Positions 1 to 10,440 of a stretch of 64,000 bases of DNA are shown here, piece after piece. The stretch is from an uncultured bacterium (GTDB lineage: Bacteria > Babelota > Babeliae > Babelales > JACPOV01). A model generated the notes under the pieces. That model was not told the DNA's origin. It searched no databases and worked only from the letters and a program-made list of their open reading frames with translations. The translations under genes and the position numbers were made by a program. Numbering within the stretch: the first letter of the stretch is position 1; each line of letters opens with the position of its first letter. The stretch is from contig CAVUUR010000006.1 of NCBI GenBank assembly GCA_963744715.1, forward strand, positions 1 through 64,000, given 5' to 3'.

Positions 1-14
1 TTCGCGGCGGCTCG

Positions 15-737
15 ATGATCCGGGCGCTGGTCACGGGCGGGAGCGGCACGATCGGTGCGGCGATCGCGCGAGCCCTGGCGGCGGAGGGCCATTACTTCTC
101 GCGGCACGCGCACCGCAACGCCGGCCGGGCCGGGGAGATCGTGGCGGAGATCGTCGGGCACGGCGGTTCGGCCGAAATCGTGCAATTCGATGTCGCCGAT
201 CCTGCCGATGACGGCCGTGCGATCGACCGGCTGCTCGAGGCCGGGCCCATCCAGATCGTGGTGAACAACGCGGGCATTCACGACGACGCGGTGATGCCCG
301 GGATGCGGCCCGACCAGTGGTCCCGCGTGATCGACGTTTCGCTCAATGGATTCTTCAACGTCACTCAGAAGCTGCTGATGCCGATGATCCGCACCAAATG
401 GGGTCGGATCGTCAACATCCTCTTCCGTCGCCGCCATCGCCGGGAATTGCGGGCAGGTGAACTATGCGGCGGCGAAGGCCGGCCTTCACCGGCGCGACGC
501 GCGCGTTGGCACTCGAGTCCCGCCAGCCGCGGGGTCACGGTGAACACTCTTAGCCCCGGAATTATCGCCTCCCCGATGATCGCCGAGGCGTTTCCGCAGG
601 AAACGATCGAGCGGCTCGTGCCGATGAAGCGTGCCGGCCGGCCCGAGGAAGTGGCCGATCTTGTCGCGTTCCTCACTTCCGACCGGGCCGGCTATATCTC
701 GGGCCAGCTGATTTCCATCAATGGCGGGATGATCTGA
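15..737 (+). CDS. fabG: 3-oxoacyl-ACP reductase (SDR), with an internal frameshifted stretch
   Basis: TGGSGTIG Rossmann motif, VNNAG and C-terminal GQLISINGG. The YxxxK region (~420-520) reads in another frame, consistent with indel errors. Confidence 0.85.
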   Translation: MIRALVTGGSGTIGAAIARALAAEGHYFSRHAHRNAGRAGEIVAEIVGHGGSAEIVQFDVADPADDGRAIDRLLEAGPIQIVVNNAGIHDDAVMPGMRPDQWSRVIDVSLNGFFNVTQKLLMPMIRTKWGRIVNILFRRRHRRELRAGELCGGEGRPSPARRARWHSSPASRGVTVNTLSPGIIASPMIAEAFPQETIERLVPMKRAGRPEEVADLVAFLTSDRAGYISGQLISINGGMI

Positions 738-739
738 TC

Positions 740-1486
740 CGGCGCGCAAGACACTCCGCCGACGAGGCGGGCGTGCATCGCGGCGAGGATCACGTTATCC
801 CGGGCGTAGTGGAAATGCGATATCCCATCTTCGCGCGCGGTGAAATAGCGCAACGCTCCCGGCGGCGCGGGCAGGTTGATCGCGCCACGCCCTGCCAGCA
901 AAGGCGAACGGCGGCCTCGGCTCGAAATCATAGCCGCGCATCGCGCGGGCCTGGCTCATCACGGCCAGCAGTGCGGTCAGCGGATAGACCCGAAAGCCGA
1001 GCAGGAGTCGCCGATCGCGCCTCTTGTCTCGACCCTGCCAGCGCGTTCGAGAGACGCCGGCCGACGACGCGCAGAAGCAGCACATCCCGATTGAAGACGG
1101 GCACGCGAGGACCATCGCGTCGGGATGCCGGCGCGACATCCGTGAACGCAGGGATCGACGCGGCGGGGTGCTGGCCATCAGCATCCATGACCAGGACATG
1201 GCTGAAACCGTCCGCTTTGGCCACGCGCAGCCCGTCGAGCACGGCGGCGCCCTTGCCACGGCTCCGCTCGCGAAAGAGCACGCGAGCTCCGCGTCATGCC
1301 GGCTGACCTCCGCCAGCGCCTCGCCCGTGCCGCCGTGCTTCCGTCGATCACGACCCATATCGGCCGCCATTGGCGCCGCGCCTCGGCAACCGTCTCAAAC
1401 AACTTTGGGCCGGTGTTGTAGCTCGGGAGCCGGACGAGATGGGTTTCTGCCGCGCCGCCCGCGCGCTGCCCCTGTACGGCTCGCAA
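740..1486 (-). CDS. Glycosyltransferase family 2, frameshifted; end approximate
   Basis: Pieces in several frames: LPSYNTG, VVIDGST, GKGAAVLDG, VLVMDADGQH (DXD) and SHFHY.RDN. Confidence 0.75.
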
Positions 1487-1487
1487 C

Positions 1488-2788
1488 CTACCCGGCGGCA
1501 GCCCTGGTTGCGGAATTCACGTTGCCCGGCGCGCGAAGACGGTGCGGCAGGCGCGCCAGGTTCGTGATGTAATAGATCGTCTGAAGCATCAGGAGGCGCG
1601 AGCGGATCGTCCACCCGCCGCCAAGCTCGCCGGCAAGCAGTGCCAGAATCGCCTCCTCGATTCGGAACCAGTTGCGCGGCGACATGAAGAGGTTGCGCAT
1701 GGCCGGCTCGCGGATGCGGTAAATGAACCAGATGATCGGGCCGGGCGCGCCCCGCGCCGCGGCATCGTAGCGCTTGAGCGCACGCGGTGCCCGGCGCGGG
1801 TTGCCGAGGCAGGTCTCGACCGCTCGGCGCCACGAAACGCCATCGTATCGCGAGATACACGCCCGAGGAGAAGACCGGGTCGATGAATCGCAGGCGTCGC
1901 CGATCGGGATCGACTTCTCGCCGCTCGCCCGCTTCGAGCCATACAAATAGTTGCCGGTCGCCGTGACGGGCGGCGAGCCGCGCATCCGTGAGACGGCTCG
2001 CGATTGGGCACGAGGCGATGACGCTCATGAAGAAGGAAGCGAGATCGGTGCCGCGGTTCTTGAAAAAAGCGGCCGGGCAGACGGCGCCGACACTCGTTGC
2101 GCCGTCGGCGAGCGGGATGAACAGAACCAGCCATGTCGAAGCAGACGACGCTGAGATTGCCTTGGGCCTTCCCGGCAGGCGCCGCGCGCCCGTGAAATGG
2201 CGAAGATCGCCGCACTGTTGTTCCGGCGATTGCGTTCCTTGAGGCCAAGCTGTGCTGCCAGCAGCGTATCGCGGCCCGAGGCATCGACAACGAAGGCCGC
2301 GGTCCAGCGGCGCTCGCGCCCTCGCCGTCGCGCCCATCGATCCGCGGACGGCGCCCTCGGAAAGGCGACCGAATGATGCGGCAGCCTTGATGACTTCGGC
2401 CCCCTTGGCCGCGGCGTTCTTCAGAGGACGTGGTCGAAGGTGGACCGCCGCACCTGGAAGGAATAGGGAAGCGGCGGTCCAGGGCGCGTGCGAAATAGTA
2501 GGTAACGCTCTTGCCGTGATAGGGGAGGACGAATTCGATGCCGTGCTTGGGCATCGATGTCCATTCGATCTCCTGGCGCACGCCGAGGCGGTCGAACAGC
2601 GGCAAATTGTGTGGCAAAAGCGACTCGCCGATGTGGAACCGGGGATGCCGATCCTTCTCCGCAAGGATCACCCGATGCCCGCGCTCCGCGAGCAGCGCGG
2701 CGATTGTCGAACCGGCGGGACCACCGCCGATGACGAAGACGTCGCAGTCGGCCCTTGTTGATGATCCCTGGAGTTCGCGCGGGGTCAC
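1488..2788 (-). CDS. FAD-dependent oxidoreductase / flavin-dependent halogenase-like protein, frameshifted
   Basis: [12 protein letters not shown] motif, [12 protein letters not shown] and (other frames) IGDA and [13 protein letters not shown]. Confidence 0.8.
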
Positions 2789-3056
2789 ATCCTGATAGCC
2801 CTTCCTTTGCCGACGGCTAGGCCCAACTCTTGGCCTCGTTGCCGCCATGACCCGAAGTCCGATTGAATTAGGCGTCGCCGCACCGCTATGTCCAATAATA
2901 GGGTCGTCCGAGCCCGCAATCGCATGCGCGGCTCACGACGTACTACGCCGATCCGGCGCGGCGGCTCTCATTCGTGCGGGATCGTTGTCCGCGATCGGTC
3001 AGGCGGGGTTCTGGCCCGCTATCGGCGTGGATGAACGACCCGATCTTCGCCGAGCC

Positions 3057-3369
3057 CTACCCGCCGGTCCGGAACATGTGCGTCGCGTGGGTGATCGCGG
3101 CCCCGGCGCGCATCGCCGCCGCCACCACTGCCGTCTCCGCAAGCTCGGCATCGCTCGCACCCGCCTTGCGCGCCTCGGCCTGTGTGGATCTCGATGCAAT
3201 AGGGGCACTGGGTCGTGAGCGCGACCGCGAGCGCCATCATCTGCTTCGTCTTCACGTCGAGCGCGCCGGGTGCGAAGGCGGCCTTGTCGAATGCCCAGAA
3301 CGCCTTCATCCCGGTCTCGGCCACCTTGTCCATGGTCTTGAGCGCGGCGAGGTTCTTCATGTCGTACAT
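3057..3369 (-). CDS. Carboxymuconolactone decarboxylase / AhpD family protein, frameshifted
   Basis: ALDVKTKQMMALAVALTTQCPYCIEIH (CxxC); C-terminus AAITHATHMF in another frame; RBS GGAGG upstream. Confidence 0.8.
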
Positions 3370-3549
3370 TTCGGTTTCCTCCTGGTCGGTTGCTTCCTGG
3401 CTCGCAGGGTCTGAGGCGAGGCCGATTGAACGCAGACGCCCCGGCCGGCGCAAGCAGCGCTCCCGAGACGCCGCCCATCACCTGCGAACGGTCGCAAAAA
3501 CTGTACGCTGCGATCCGAGGCAAAATTCCAACCTATTGATTCTGCTTCA

Positions 3550-3565
3550 TGTTTCACGTGAAACA
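3550..3565. promoter_or_regulatory. parS centromere-like site
   Basis: Exact 16-bp palindrome TGTTTCACGTGAAACA matching the bacterial parS consensus. Confidence 0.8.
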
Positions 3566-3679
3566 TCAATACAATGGCCGAGCCCGCCTTTGTCCCCCCT
3601 GACCTCGCCCGGTTGACTCCGCGCCGGGGCCTCGGTTGCGCCGGCCCGCGCGCGATCAGGTTGAGCGCCGTGCCTACCA

Positions 3680-3856
3680 GGGCAAGAGGGAAAAGGTCAT
3701 GTTTTTCGCTCAGCTTACCACGAGTCAAAAACCAATCAGTTATTCCGCCTAGTTTATCAAACAAACGATAGATCCCCTTTGCATGAACTATCGATCCAGA
3801 AAAAAATGATAACATAATGAGCAACAATATTTTTTTACGTGTAAGAAAATGCATGT
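3680..3856 (-). pseudogene. N-terminal part of a low-GC secreted protein, cut off at the GC junction
   Basis: MHFLTRKKILLLIMLSFFSGSIVHA signal-peptide-like start; the frame runs into high-GC sequence at ~3680. Confidence 0.45.
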
Positions 3857-3975
3857 AAAATCCTATAAGTTTATATCGTATAATTATCCATATAATAACA
3901 AACACTCGTATTTGAGCAATTTTTTTATAATGTGCATGTTAATGTACGATTGTTGGCAGTACTAAAAAATTATAC

Positions 3976-4026
3976 ATCTCTAGCATAACCAAAAAATTTT
4001 GATATACACTGCATAAAAAGCTATTT
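3976..4026 (+). promoter_or_regulatory. Putative promoter, copy 1 of a ~50-bp element also at 7637-7686
   Basis: 41/51 identity to 7637-7686 by manual alignment; lies just upstream of a start codon. Confidence 0.5.
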
Positions 4027-4050
4027 TTCCCAGTAAGCTAAGGGTGAAGC

Positions 4051-4404
4051 ATGAATTATGAAAAAAGTTCTAATTTATTAGCAGAAGAACGAACGTTATT
4101 AGCCGCAGAACGCACTTTTTCTGCGTGGCTTAGAACAGCACTTGCAGCTATGGCCGGTGGACTTGCCATTATGAGAGTCATTAGTTTTAAAAGTGAATTG
4201 CATACATTTATTGCACACATTATTGGAGAAACTCTCATTTTATGGGGATGTGTACTCATTGTTCTCTCATCCATCGATTATAAAAAAATACGCACTACCT
4301 TAATTATTGCAAAAAACTATAAAAGTTCCCAATTAGGATTTCTGATTATTGTTCTGCCGCTATTACTCATGTCGGCATTGCTCATATGGGTTACACTACC
4401 ATGA
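4051..4404 (+). CDS. DUF202/YidH-family inner membrane protein
   Basis: LAAERTFSAWLRTALA motif; three hydrophobic segments. Confidence 0.85.
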   Translation: MNYEKSSNLLAEERTLLAAERTFSAWLRTALAAMAGGLAIMRVISFKSELHTFIAHIIGETLILWGCVLIVLSSIDYKKIRTTLIIAKNYKSSQLGFLIIVLPLLLMSALLIWVTLP

Positions 4405-4418
4405 TGTTAACCATATAA

Positions 4419-5327
4419 GTGCAGCAAATGACCATGAAAAAAATTAACTATTTTCTCTGTTGTTGTGTAGTGTTATCCACGGAGGGTAGTATATCAATTG
4501 TATACAACTTGCGCGTAGCTGAAACCTCTAAAAAATTTTATCTTGAACCCACATCGAAACCATCATTAGGTACCGTGACCTTGTTTGGCACCTTTCGTAA
4601 AAAATATAATGGGGTCACGCATCATTGCGGTGGCGGATTATTCACGCTCGTATATGCTCCTCCATCATTTTTCCTACGTGTCGATGGCGCCGTAGGAAGA
4701 GTTGGTTCCAACACTAATGGTGTACACTTTAGCCGCACCCAAACCGATGATCTACTTTTTTCAGGCGGGTACAGCCCTAAAATATCAGATAGGACACGCC
4801 TCACTTTTTCTGGGTTATTAGGATTTCCCACTCATAAAGATACAAGCCTACAATTTGTTCAATTTGGATACGGGCACTATGCACTTGGTGCTCAAATAGA
4901 CGGTTCATTTGCTTATACCAGTAATAGAAACCATCTTCTGCGATATGCTGGACGCCTTATACATTTTTTCCCCAGAAAAGTAGTTATTCCCGTTAATGCC
5001 CAATTGGAACGGTTTAATTATGGCGTTGGCAACTTAGCCGATTTATTTATTGCTTTACATAGTAAGAAAGAAAAACACAGTATGGAAGCTGGTTATGACG
5101 CGTCATTTTTTTTTAATGCACAAATATCTCCAGCCTTTGATGATGCCGTGAAAAAAACCAATTACATTCGTAATAGTTTTTATGGCATTTATAAATACCG
5201 TTTTTTAATGGGTAAAAAAAATTGCATGGTTGGCGTTGCGTTATCATATGGTTTTGAGCCTACGCCAAAAGTTTCTGGCAATAAGCGGCTTATTACCACA
5301 TGGGGGTCATTGAGCATCAACTTTTAA
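4419..5327 (+). CDS. Hypothetical secreted protein, probable outer-membrane beta-barrel
   Basis: Signal-like N-terminus, alternating amphipathic strands, C-terminal Phe. Confidence 0.55.
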   Translation: MQQMTMKKINYFLCCCVVLSTEGSISIVYNLRVAETSKKFYLEPTSKPSLGTVTLFGTFRKKYNGVTHHCGGGLFTLVYAPPSFFLRVDGAVGRVGSNTNGVHFSRTQTDDLLFSGGYSPKISDRTRLTFSGLLGFPTHKDTSLQFVQFGYGHYALGAQIDGSFAYTSNRNHLLRYAGRLIHFFPRKVVIPVNAQLERFNYGVGNLADLFIALHSKKEKHSMEAGYDASFFFNAQISPAFDDAVKKTNYIRNSFYGIYKYRFLMGKKNCMVGVALSYGFEPTPKVSGNKRLITTWGSLSINF

Positions 5328-5524
5328 AAAGTTTTTTATATTTTCAATACTGCAATATAACCTTCTTATTATTGCCAATAAACCATTTTACATTACATGC
5401 ATTGTTTTATTTTGTAATAAGCGCCCAGTAGTGCATTTTAAGAAATTAAACTTGTTGTAAAAATTTTTTTTATCAGTACCATGTATCTTCATAAAAACGT
5501 ACAACACCATTACCGGAGTCATGC

Positions 5525-6487
5525 ATGGCTGTATTTAATTTTTTTGTTATTGCATCATTGTTGATAACGCTTCATCTACGAGGTATGGAAAAAACTGTTA
5601 TACCTACTACCAATGATCATAAAGAAATAGTTACAAAAAATAATGTACCATCCATATCAGTTCAGAATGTAATAGATCAATTACAGCGCAACCCAGGTTT
5701 ATTACCCCAAAGAAACATTTATATTCCAAATGCAACAAATACATTCAATACACCGGCAGATTATAATAGTGATAACGACCTACCAATCATGAGCGAAGAA
5801 ACAAAGCAAGCAGTACAATTTAATATTGAACGAATCAAAACAATAAAAGAACTTATCAGCACAAAACAATACTTCATTACCGATGATGCTGCCATATATT
5901 TAGCACAAAAAACAGCAAATGATACTGATCAAGAATTGAATGGATTTATTGAAACAATAACAGATAAAATGTTAGAAAGAACGACAATAACGTTAGATGA
6001 AAATGGTGCTAAAGAAGCAATATTAACCCGCAAGATTTTTGCGCAAACAGTTAAAAAGAGTACAGCACAAGTAATTCAAGACCTAGGTCCGGCAATAAAC
6101 AATTTTCAACAACAATATGAAAAAATTATTGCTGATTTGAAAGCAAAATATGCAAAGGACACAGAAAAGCTCATGGAGAATCAAGGATCAACTGCCATGA
6201 CCTATATTTATCCCACACTTATTTGCGGCACAACAGCAAGCATTTGTAGTTTCGCAATATATAAAATGTCCAATGACAATAACAATCTTATGCAAGGTTA
6301 TAACGTTCTCATTGATTCCTATCGTAAAACAATTGTAGATTTGCAAGCAGAATCTGCTAAACAAGCATCAGAATTCTCACAAAAGACTATTGCTGCATGG
6401 TGGGAAAGTATTGGAAAAACGATTGCGAGCACCGTTATAATTCAAGGAATTATCGAAGCAATTAAACAGTTGGCGCATAGTATCTAA
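5525..6487 (+). CDS. Hypothetical secreted protein (coiled coil, possible AAA-lid-like segment)
   Basis: Long ORF; signal peptide ending LRG-ME; RBS GGAG. Confidence 0.6.
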   Translation: MAVFNFFVIASLLITLHLRGMEKTVIPTTNDHKEIVTKNNVPSISVQNVIDQLQRNPGLLPQRNIYIPNATNTFNTPADYNSDNDLPIMSEETKQAVQFNIERIKTIKELISTKQYFITDDAAIYLAQKTANDTDQELNGFIETITDKMLERTTITLDENGAKEAILTRKIFAQTVKKSTAQVIQDLGPAINNFQQQYEKIIADLKAKYAKDTEKLMENQGSTAMTYIYPTLICGTTASICSFAIYKMSNDNNNLMQGYNVLIDSYRKTIVDLQAESAKQASEFSQKTIAAWWESIGKTIASTVIIQGIIEAIKQLAHSI

Positions 6488-6516
6488 GGTACAACTATAA
6501 CGTAAATAAAAAACAA

Positions 6517-7611
6517 GTGAATAAGATAAATATTGTGTATGCTACTAGCGTAAAATACCTTGCTATACTTTTTTTATCCGTATTATTACTATCATTGCAA
6601 TTATATGCTTTAGAACATGATTATGAATCTGTTTTTTCTACTAAGCACTGGAAAAGCATACCTATAGAAAACACCAAAGCATGGGAAGAATTTGTACAAG
6701 AAATGCGCAATAATAATACCTCTCCTTATGAATGCATTAAAAAAATAAATGAAGAAAAAAAACGTAAAGCATTAAGAAAATTATTTAATGCCCATGAACT
6801 TCAAGAAATACAAAAAACTATAAATTCTTTAGAAAATAAATCCCTTCCTCCATTACATTTCACCTTTGCTCCTAATATTCCTTGGTATGTAAAAATGTTA
6901 GTTGAGGCAAATGCTCAAATAATGAATATGCAGGGTAATATTAATGTTTGTTATGGCGAATGTAATGGAGCAAAATCAAATGATACTGGCAGCAGTCTCG
7001 TGATACATCCAAATTATTATCCTGCAAAATTTTGTTTTGATATATCATTTATAAGTAGGCAAATAGCTATATTGCAGCATGAATTTATGCATATAAAGAA
7101 AAAACACTACGAAATAGATAATAATATTTGGCACTATATAAAAGAAAGATTAATGGGGACTCATCAAAATTTCATCCTTAGCGGATTACATGCACTGTAT
7201 TATGAGATTAGTACTGGAAGATCTTTAGACGGAGACATTAATGATCTCAATAAATTGTGCCGGGCACATGAATCAGAAGCAGACCGTGAGCATGCTGCCT
7301 ATGGCAATGGAGCATTTGCTAAATGTGCTTACCTATACTGGCAGTTTGCTTTTGAAGAAAGAAAAAATATCCCTCCTGAAGATTTAGTAGATCCTATTCA
7401 TCCACCCGTGCAAAAAAGGCTCTTGTGGGCCACTCTTATTCTCAAAGCAAAAGAAGCCGAATATCGTTTAGATCATCCGTACAGAACAAAAATAAAAGAA
7501 CTATTTTTTGGAATTAAAAAAAATATTGCTTTATGTAAAACATCAATAATAGCTTATTTAAGTTTCATAAAACATGTCTTGTTCGTGAATAAAAATACTA
7601 CTCGTGCATAA
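6517..7611 (+). CDS. Hypothetical secreted zinc metallopeptidase (M48-like)
   Basis: HEFMH (HExxH), downstream ESEAD and HPP..KRL motifs; N-terminal hydrophobic segment. Confidence 0.55.
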   Translation: MNKINIVYATSVKYLAILFLSVLLLSLQLYALEHDYESVFSTKHWKSIPIENTKAWEEFVQEMRNNNTSPYECIKKINEEKKRKALRKLFNAHELQEIQKTINSLENKSLPPLHFTFAPNIPWYVKMLVEANAQIMNMQGNINVCYGECNGAKSNDTGSSLVIHPNYYPAKFCFDISFISRQIAILQHEFMHIKKKHYEIDNNIWHYIKERLMGTHQNFILSGLHALYYEISTGRSLDGDINDLNKLCRAHESEADREHAAYGNGAFAKCAYLYWQFAFEERKNIPPEDLVDPIHPPVQKRLLWATLILKAKEAEYRLDHPYRTKIKELFFGIKKNIALCKTSIIAYLSFIKHVLFVNKNTTRA

Positions 7612-7636
7612 TACAAACTATGAGAATTTTTTGTGG

Positions 7637-7686
7637 ATCTCTAGCATACATCAAAAACTTTGCTATATAGTGCATAGAAAGTATTT
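7637..7686 (+). promoter_or_regulatory. Putative promoter, copy 2 of the element at 3976-4026
   Basis: 41/51 identity to copy 1; TG-n-TATATA extended -10-like box. Confidence 0.5.
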
Positions 7687-7722
7687 CCATCTCAAAAATC
7701 TAACCCGTTAAAGGAATATTGC

Positions 7723-9063
7723 ATGAAAAAAGTTATGTACGTACTCAGTCTTCTGACTGCATTAACTCCTCTGCATGCAAATATCGTTTACATTACTAAT
7801 ATTGATACCATTAGTTATTTTAATTCAACTTCCAATACCGTAATTGGAACGGTAAATGATCCTGGCCACACTTTTAATGAAATTTTTTATATTGTCATTA
7901 CCCCCGATGGAACAACTGCCTACGTAGCAAATAACAATAACACCGTAAGCATCGTTAATCTTTCTACTAATACCGCAACGGGCCTTGTAAGCGATCCTGG
8001 CCTAACGTTGAATAATATTATTTCATTGACTATGAAACCTGATGGTAGTCAAGTATATGCTATGAACCGCGGTAACAATACGATCAGTATTATTGATACA
8101 GCAACTAATATCATAACGGGAATTGTAAATGATCCTGGCCATACCTTTGATGCCAATGATTTTTCCGTGGCTATCGATAACACCCTGTATGTTTCAAATT
8201 TTAATAATAACACCATTAGCATTGTTAATACCATAACCAACATGACAACCGGGCTCGTTAATGATCCTGGCCATACGTTAGATGCTCCATTTCCTCTTGC
8301 AGTTACCCCTGATGGCAACACGGTCTACGTAAGCAATTTTAATAATAGCACTATAGGTATTCTTGACGTTGCAACCAATACCATAACAGGAATTGTGAAT
8401 GATCCTGGTCATTTTTTAAATCAATCGAACGGCATTGCCATTACACCTGATGGCAAAACCGCTTACGTAGTTGATAATAATAACATGGTAACTATTATTA
8501 ACCTTACCACCAATACAACAACCGCAAACGTTGGCGATCCTAATTTTAATGAAATTTTTTTTCTAGCCATTACACCCGATGGTAAAACGGTGTACGTACC
8601 TAACACTAATGCTTCACCATTCACCGTAAGTATTATTTCTACCCTTACTAATAATGTAACGGGAGTTGTGAATGACCCCCTCAGTACTTTTTTTCATCCC
8701 TATAGTCTGGCAATTGTACCTTCACCTAATCAACCGTCTTCAGTTAAAGGATTCACCCTATGCAATATTTTTTTAACACAAACTGATGTAGTAAATATAC
8801 TAACATGGAGCGCTCCGATTGGCGGACCAACTGCCGTAAGTTATCGTATTTATCGTGATCCCGGACTTACTGATTTAATAGCAACTATTCCAGCAACGCA
8901 ACCACTAATTTTTGAAGATCATAATCGCCAATTCGATGTAACTTATACCTATTTTATTGTTGCCGTAGATCAAATGGGTGATGTTTCTCAACCAGTTGTT
9001 GTAACATTGACGCCACAATTTTGCACTATTGAATTACATCATTGCAATAGTATATTCACATGA
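7723..9063 (+). CDS. YVTN/YncE-type beta-propeller surface protein with a C-terminal FN3-like domain
   Basis: Signal peptide; ~45-aa repeats (GIVNDPGHT...AITPDGKTAYV); C-terminal LTWSAP..SYRIYR..YTYFIVAVD. Confidence 0.8.
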   Translation: MKKVMYVLSLLTALTPLHANIVYITNIDTISYFNSTSNTVIGTVNDPGHTFNEIFYIVITPDGTTAYVANNNNTVSIVNLSTNTATGLVSDPGLTLNNIISLTMKPDGSQVYAMNRGNNTISIIDTATNIITGIVNDPGHTFDANDFSVAIDNTLYVSNFNNNTISIVNTITNMTTGLVNDPGHTLDAPFPLAVTPDGNTVYVSNFNNSTIGILDVATNTITGIVNDPGHFLNQSNGIAITPDGKTAYVVDNNNMVTIINLTTNTTTANVGDPNFNEIFFLAITPDGKTVYVPNTNASPFTVSIISTLTNNVTGVVNDPLSTFFHPYSLAIVPSPNQPSSVKGFTLCNIFLTQTDVVNILTWSAPIGGPTAVSYRIYRDPGLTDLIATIPATQPLIFEDHNRQFDVTYTYFIVAVDQMGDVSQPVVVTLTPQFCTIELHHCNSIFT

Positions 9064-9114
9064 GGCAAAATCCAATATGTAAGCACATGTAATCGATATT
9101 TAGGGGGAACCTAT

Positions 9115-9705
9115 ATGTTACGTATCTATAGAACATTTATTTTCATGGTAATCATTGCTCTGATTTCCCCATCACTGCATAGTTATCCGTTTCTTTTAGA
9201 ATTTAAAGGCGCTTACTTTTTACCAACCGGTAACGTATTTAATAAAATTTATCACAATGCCGCTATATTCGGACCCGAAGTAACCTTTGCAATTCACAAC
9301 GATTGGTATGGTTTTGCAAGTGCCGATTTTTTAAGCACAAAAGGAAGATCAATTAATTTTCACAATCGCACTACGGTAACGCTTATTGATGTCGCAGTCG
9401 GTTTTAAATATTTCGTGCCATTTCGCTATGGTAATTTTTATGCCGGTTTAGGCGTTTTGCCAACACAAGTACATACGCGAGATCACTCACCATTTGTTAT
9501 ACCAAAACGCACTAAATGGGGGTGTGGCGGTATTGGAAAAATGGGAGCTTATTTTGATTTGCCACAATGTTTTGTTATTAATATTTTTTTTGAGTACTCA
9601 TTTGTAAACATCAGCTTTAAACATCACTTTAATGCTATAACGCAATCACACAAAGCAAATTTAAATGGGTGTCGATTTGGTGCTGGATTAGGCTATCAAT
9701 TTTAA
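9115..9705 (+). CDS. Outer-membrane beta-barrel protein (small OMP-like)
   Basis: Signal peptide; C-terminal GAGLGYQF beta-signal. Confidence 0.7.
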   Translation: MLRIYRTFIFMVIIALISPSLHSYPFLLEFKGAYFLPTGNVFNKIYHNAAIFGPEVTFAIHNDWYGFASADFLSTKGRSINFHNRTTVTLIDVAVGFKYFVPFRYGNFYAGLGVLPTQVHTRDHSPFVIPKRTKWGCGGIGKMGAYFDLPQCFVINIFFEYSFVNISFKHHFNAITQSHKANLNGCRFGAGLGYQF

Positions 9706-9709
9706 TTAA

Positions 9710-10282
9710 TCAATTAAAACTGGAACTATTTTTTGCCCAGATACGTGCCTTACCCAACAAAGTTTGTACAAAGTCGTGTTTAAGCTTTGAATACTCCAAA
9801 AGGGTACCTACCCCTGAACTAATAACATTTTCTTTAAACTGAGCATACTGATTTGCATCTTCGGGATGTGTTTTTAAATAATCTCGTAATATAATATTAT
9901 CTTTCCAAATGTTGCTATTATAGTTGGTAATTGCCAAGTTATAACTAATCAAAGGCGATCGCTTTATAAAATATAAACGACCTGGTACACCCGCTTCACC
10001 AAAACCTGTATATCCTAGCTTAGTAAGCTCTTGAATATATTTGTCGCTTAGTGATAAGCTGGGCAGGCCAATAAGAATATCAATAATTGGCTTTGCCTTG
10101 AGGCCTGGGATTGCTGTGCTACCAAAATGTTCAATAGCTATAATATTTTTTCCAAATATTCTTTCGAGTCGTCTTTTTTCATCATTGAAAAAAATGGGCC
10201 ATTGAGGATCATAGTCAGTTAGATGAACTGATTCATTTATTTCTTGTTCTATATTCATTATTTTTTTTCTTAACTTAGCCAT
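9710..10282 (-). CDS. GrpB-family nucleotidyltransferase-like protein
   Basis: YDPQWP, IEHFGSTAIPGLKAKPIIDI, LRDYLKTHP..A.QY. Confidence 0.9.
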   Translation of the reverse strand: MAKLRKKIMNIEQEINESVHLTDYDPQWPIFFNDEKRRLERIFGKNIIAIEHFGSTAIPGLKAKPIIDILIGLPSLSLSDKYIQELTKLGYTGFGEAGVPGRLYFIKRSPLISYNLAITNYNSNIWKDNIILRDYLKTHPEDANQYAQFKENVISSGVGTLLEYSKLKHDFVQTLLGKARIWAKNSSSFN

Positions 10283-10440
10283 AACAACTAATTCCTAATT
10301 CATTGAGTAAGCTTTTTTTCCCTATGCATGTAACAGAAAATTTCAAAAAAACCTGCTTCAAAAAAAAATTACTTACGGATAAGAAACCGCAGAGTCTATA
10401 ACCCCCAACTTATGCACCAAAGTTTAGTTTTAATCAATTT

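Noticed and set aside
55..3771. Many overlapping long ORFs in the high-GC segment
   Set aside because: Shadow ORFs from high GC plus indels; only four genes have recognisable motifs.
3357..3905. 182-aa ORF as a real fusion gene
   Set aside because: It crosses the compositional junction and the parS site; most likely an artefact of the join.
7850..8690. Recurring aatgatcctggcca motif at ~135-bp spacing as a possible CRISPR array
   Set aside because: These are in-frame coding repeats of the beta-propeller blades; the intervening sequences are homologous and no cas genes are present.
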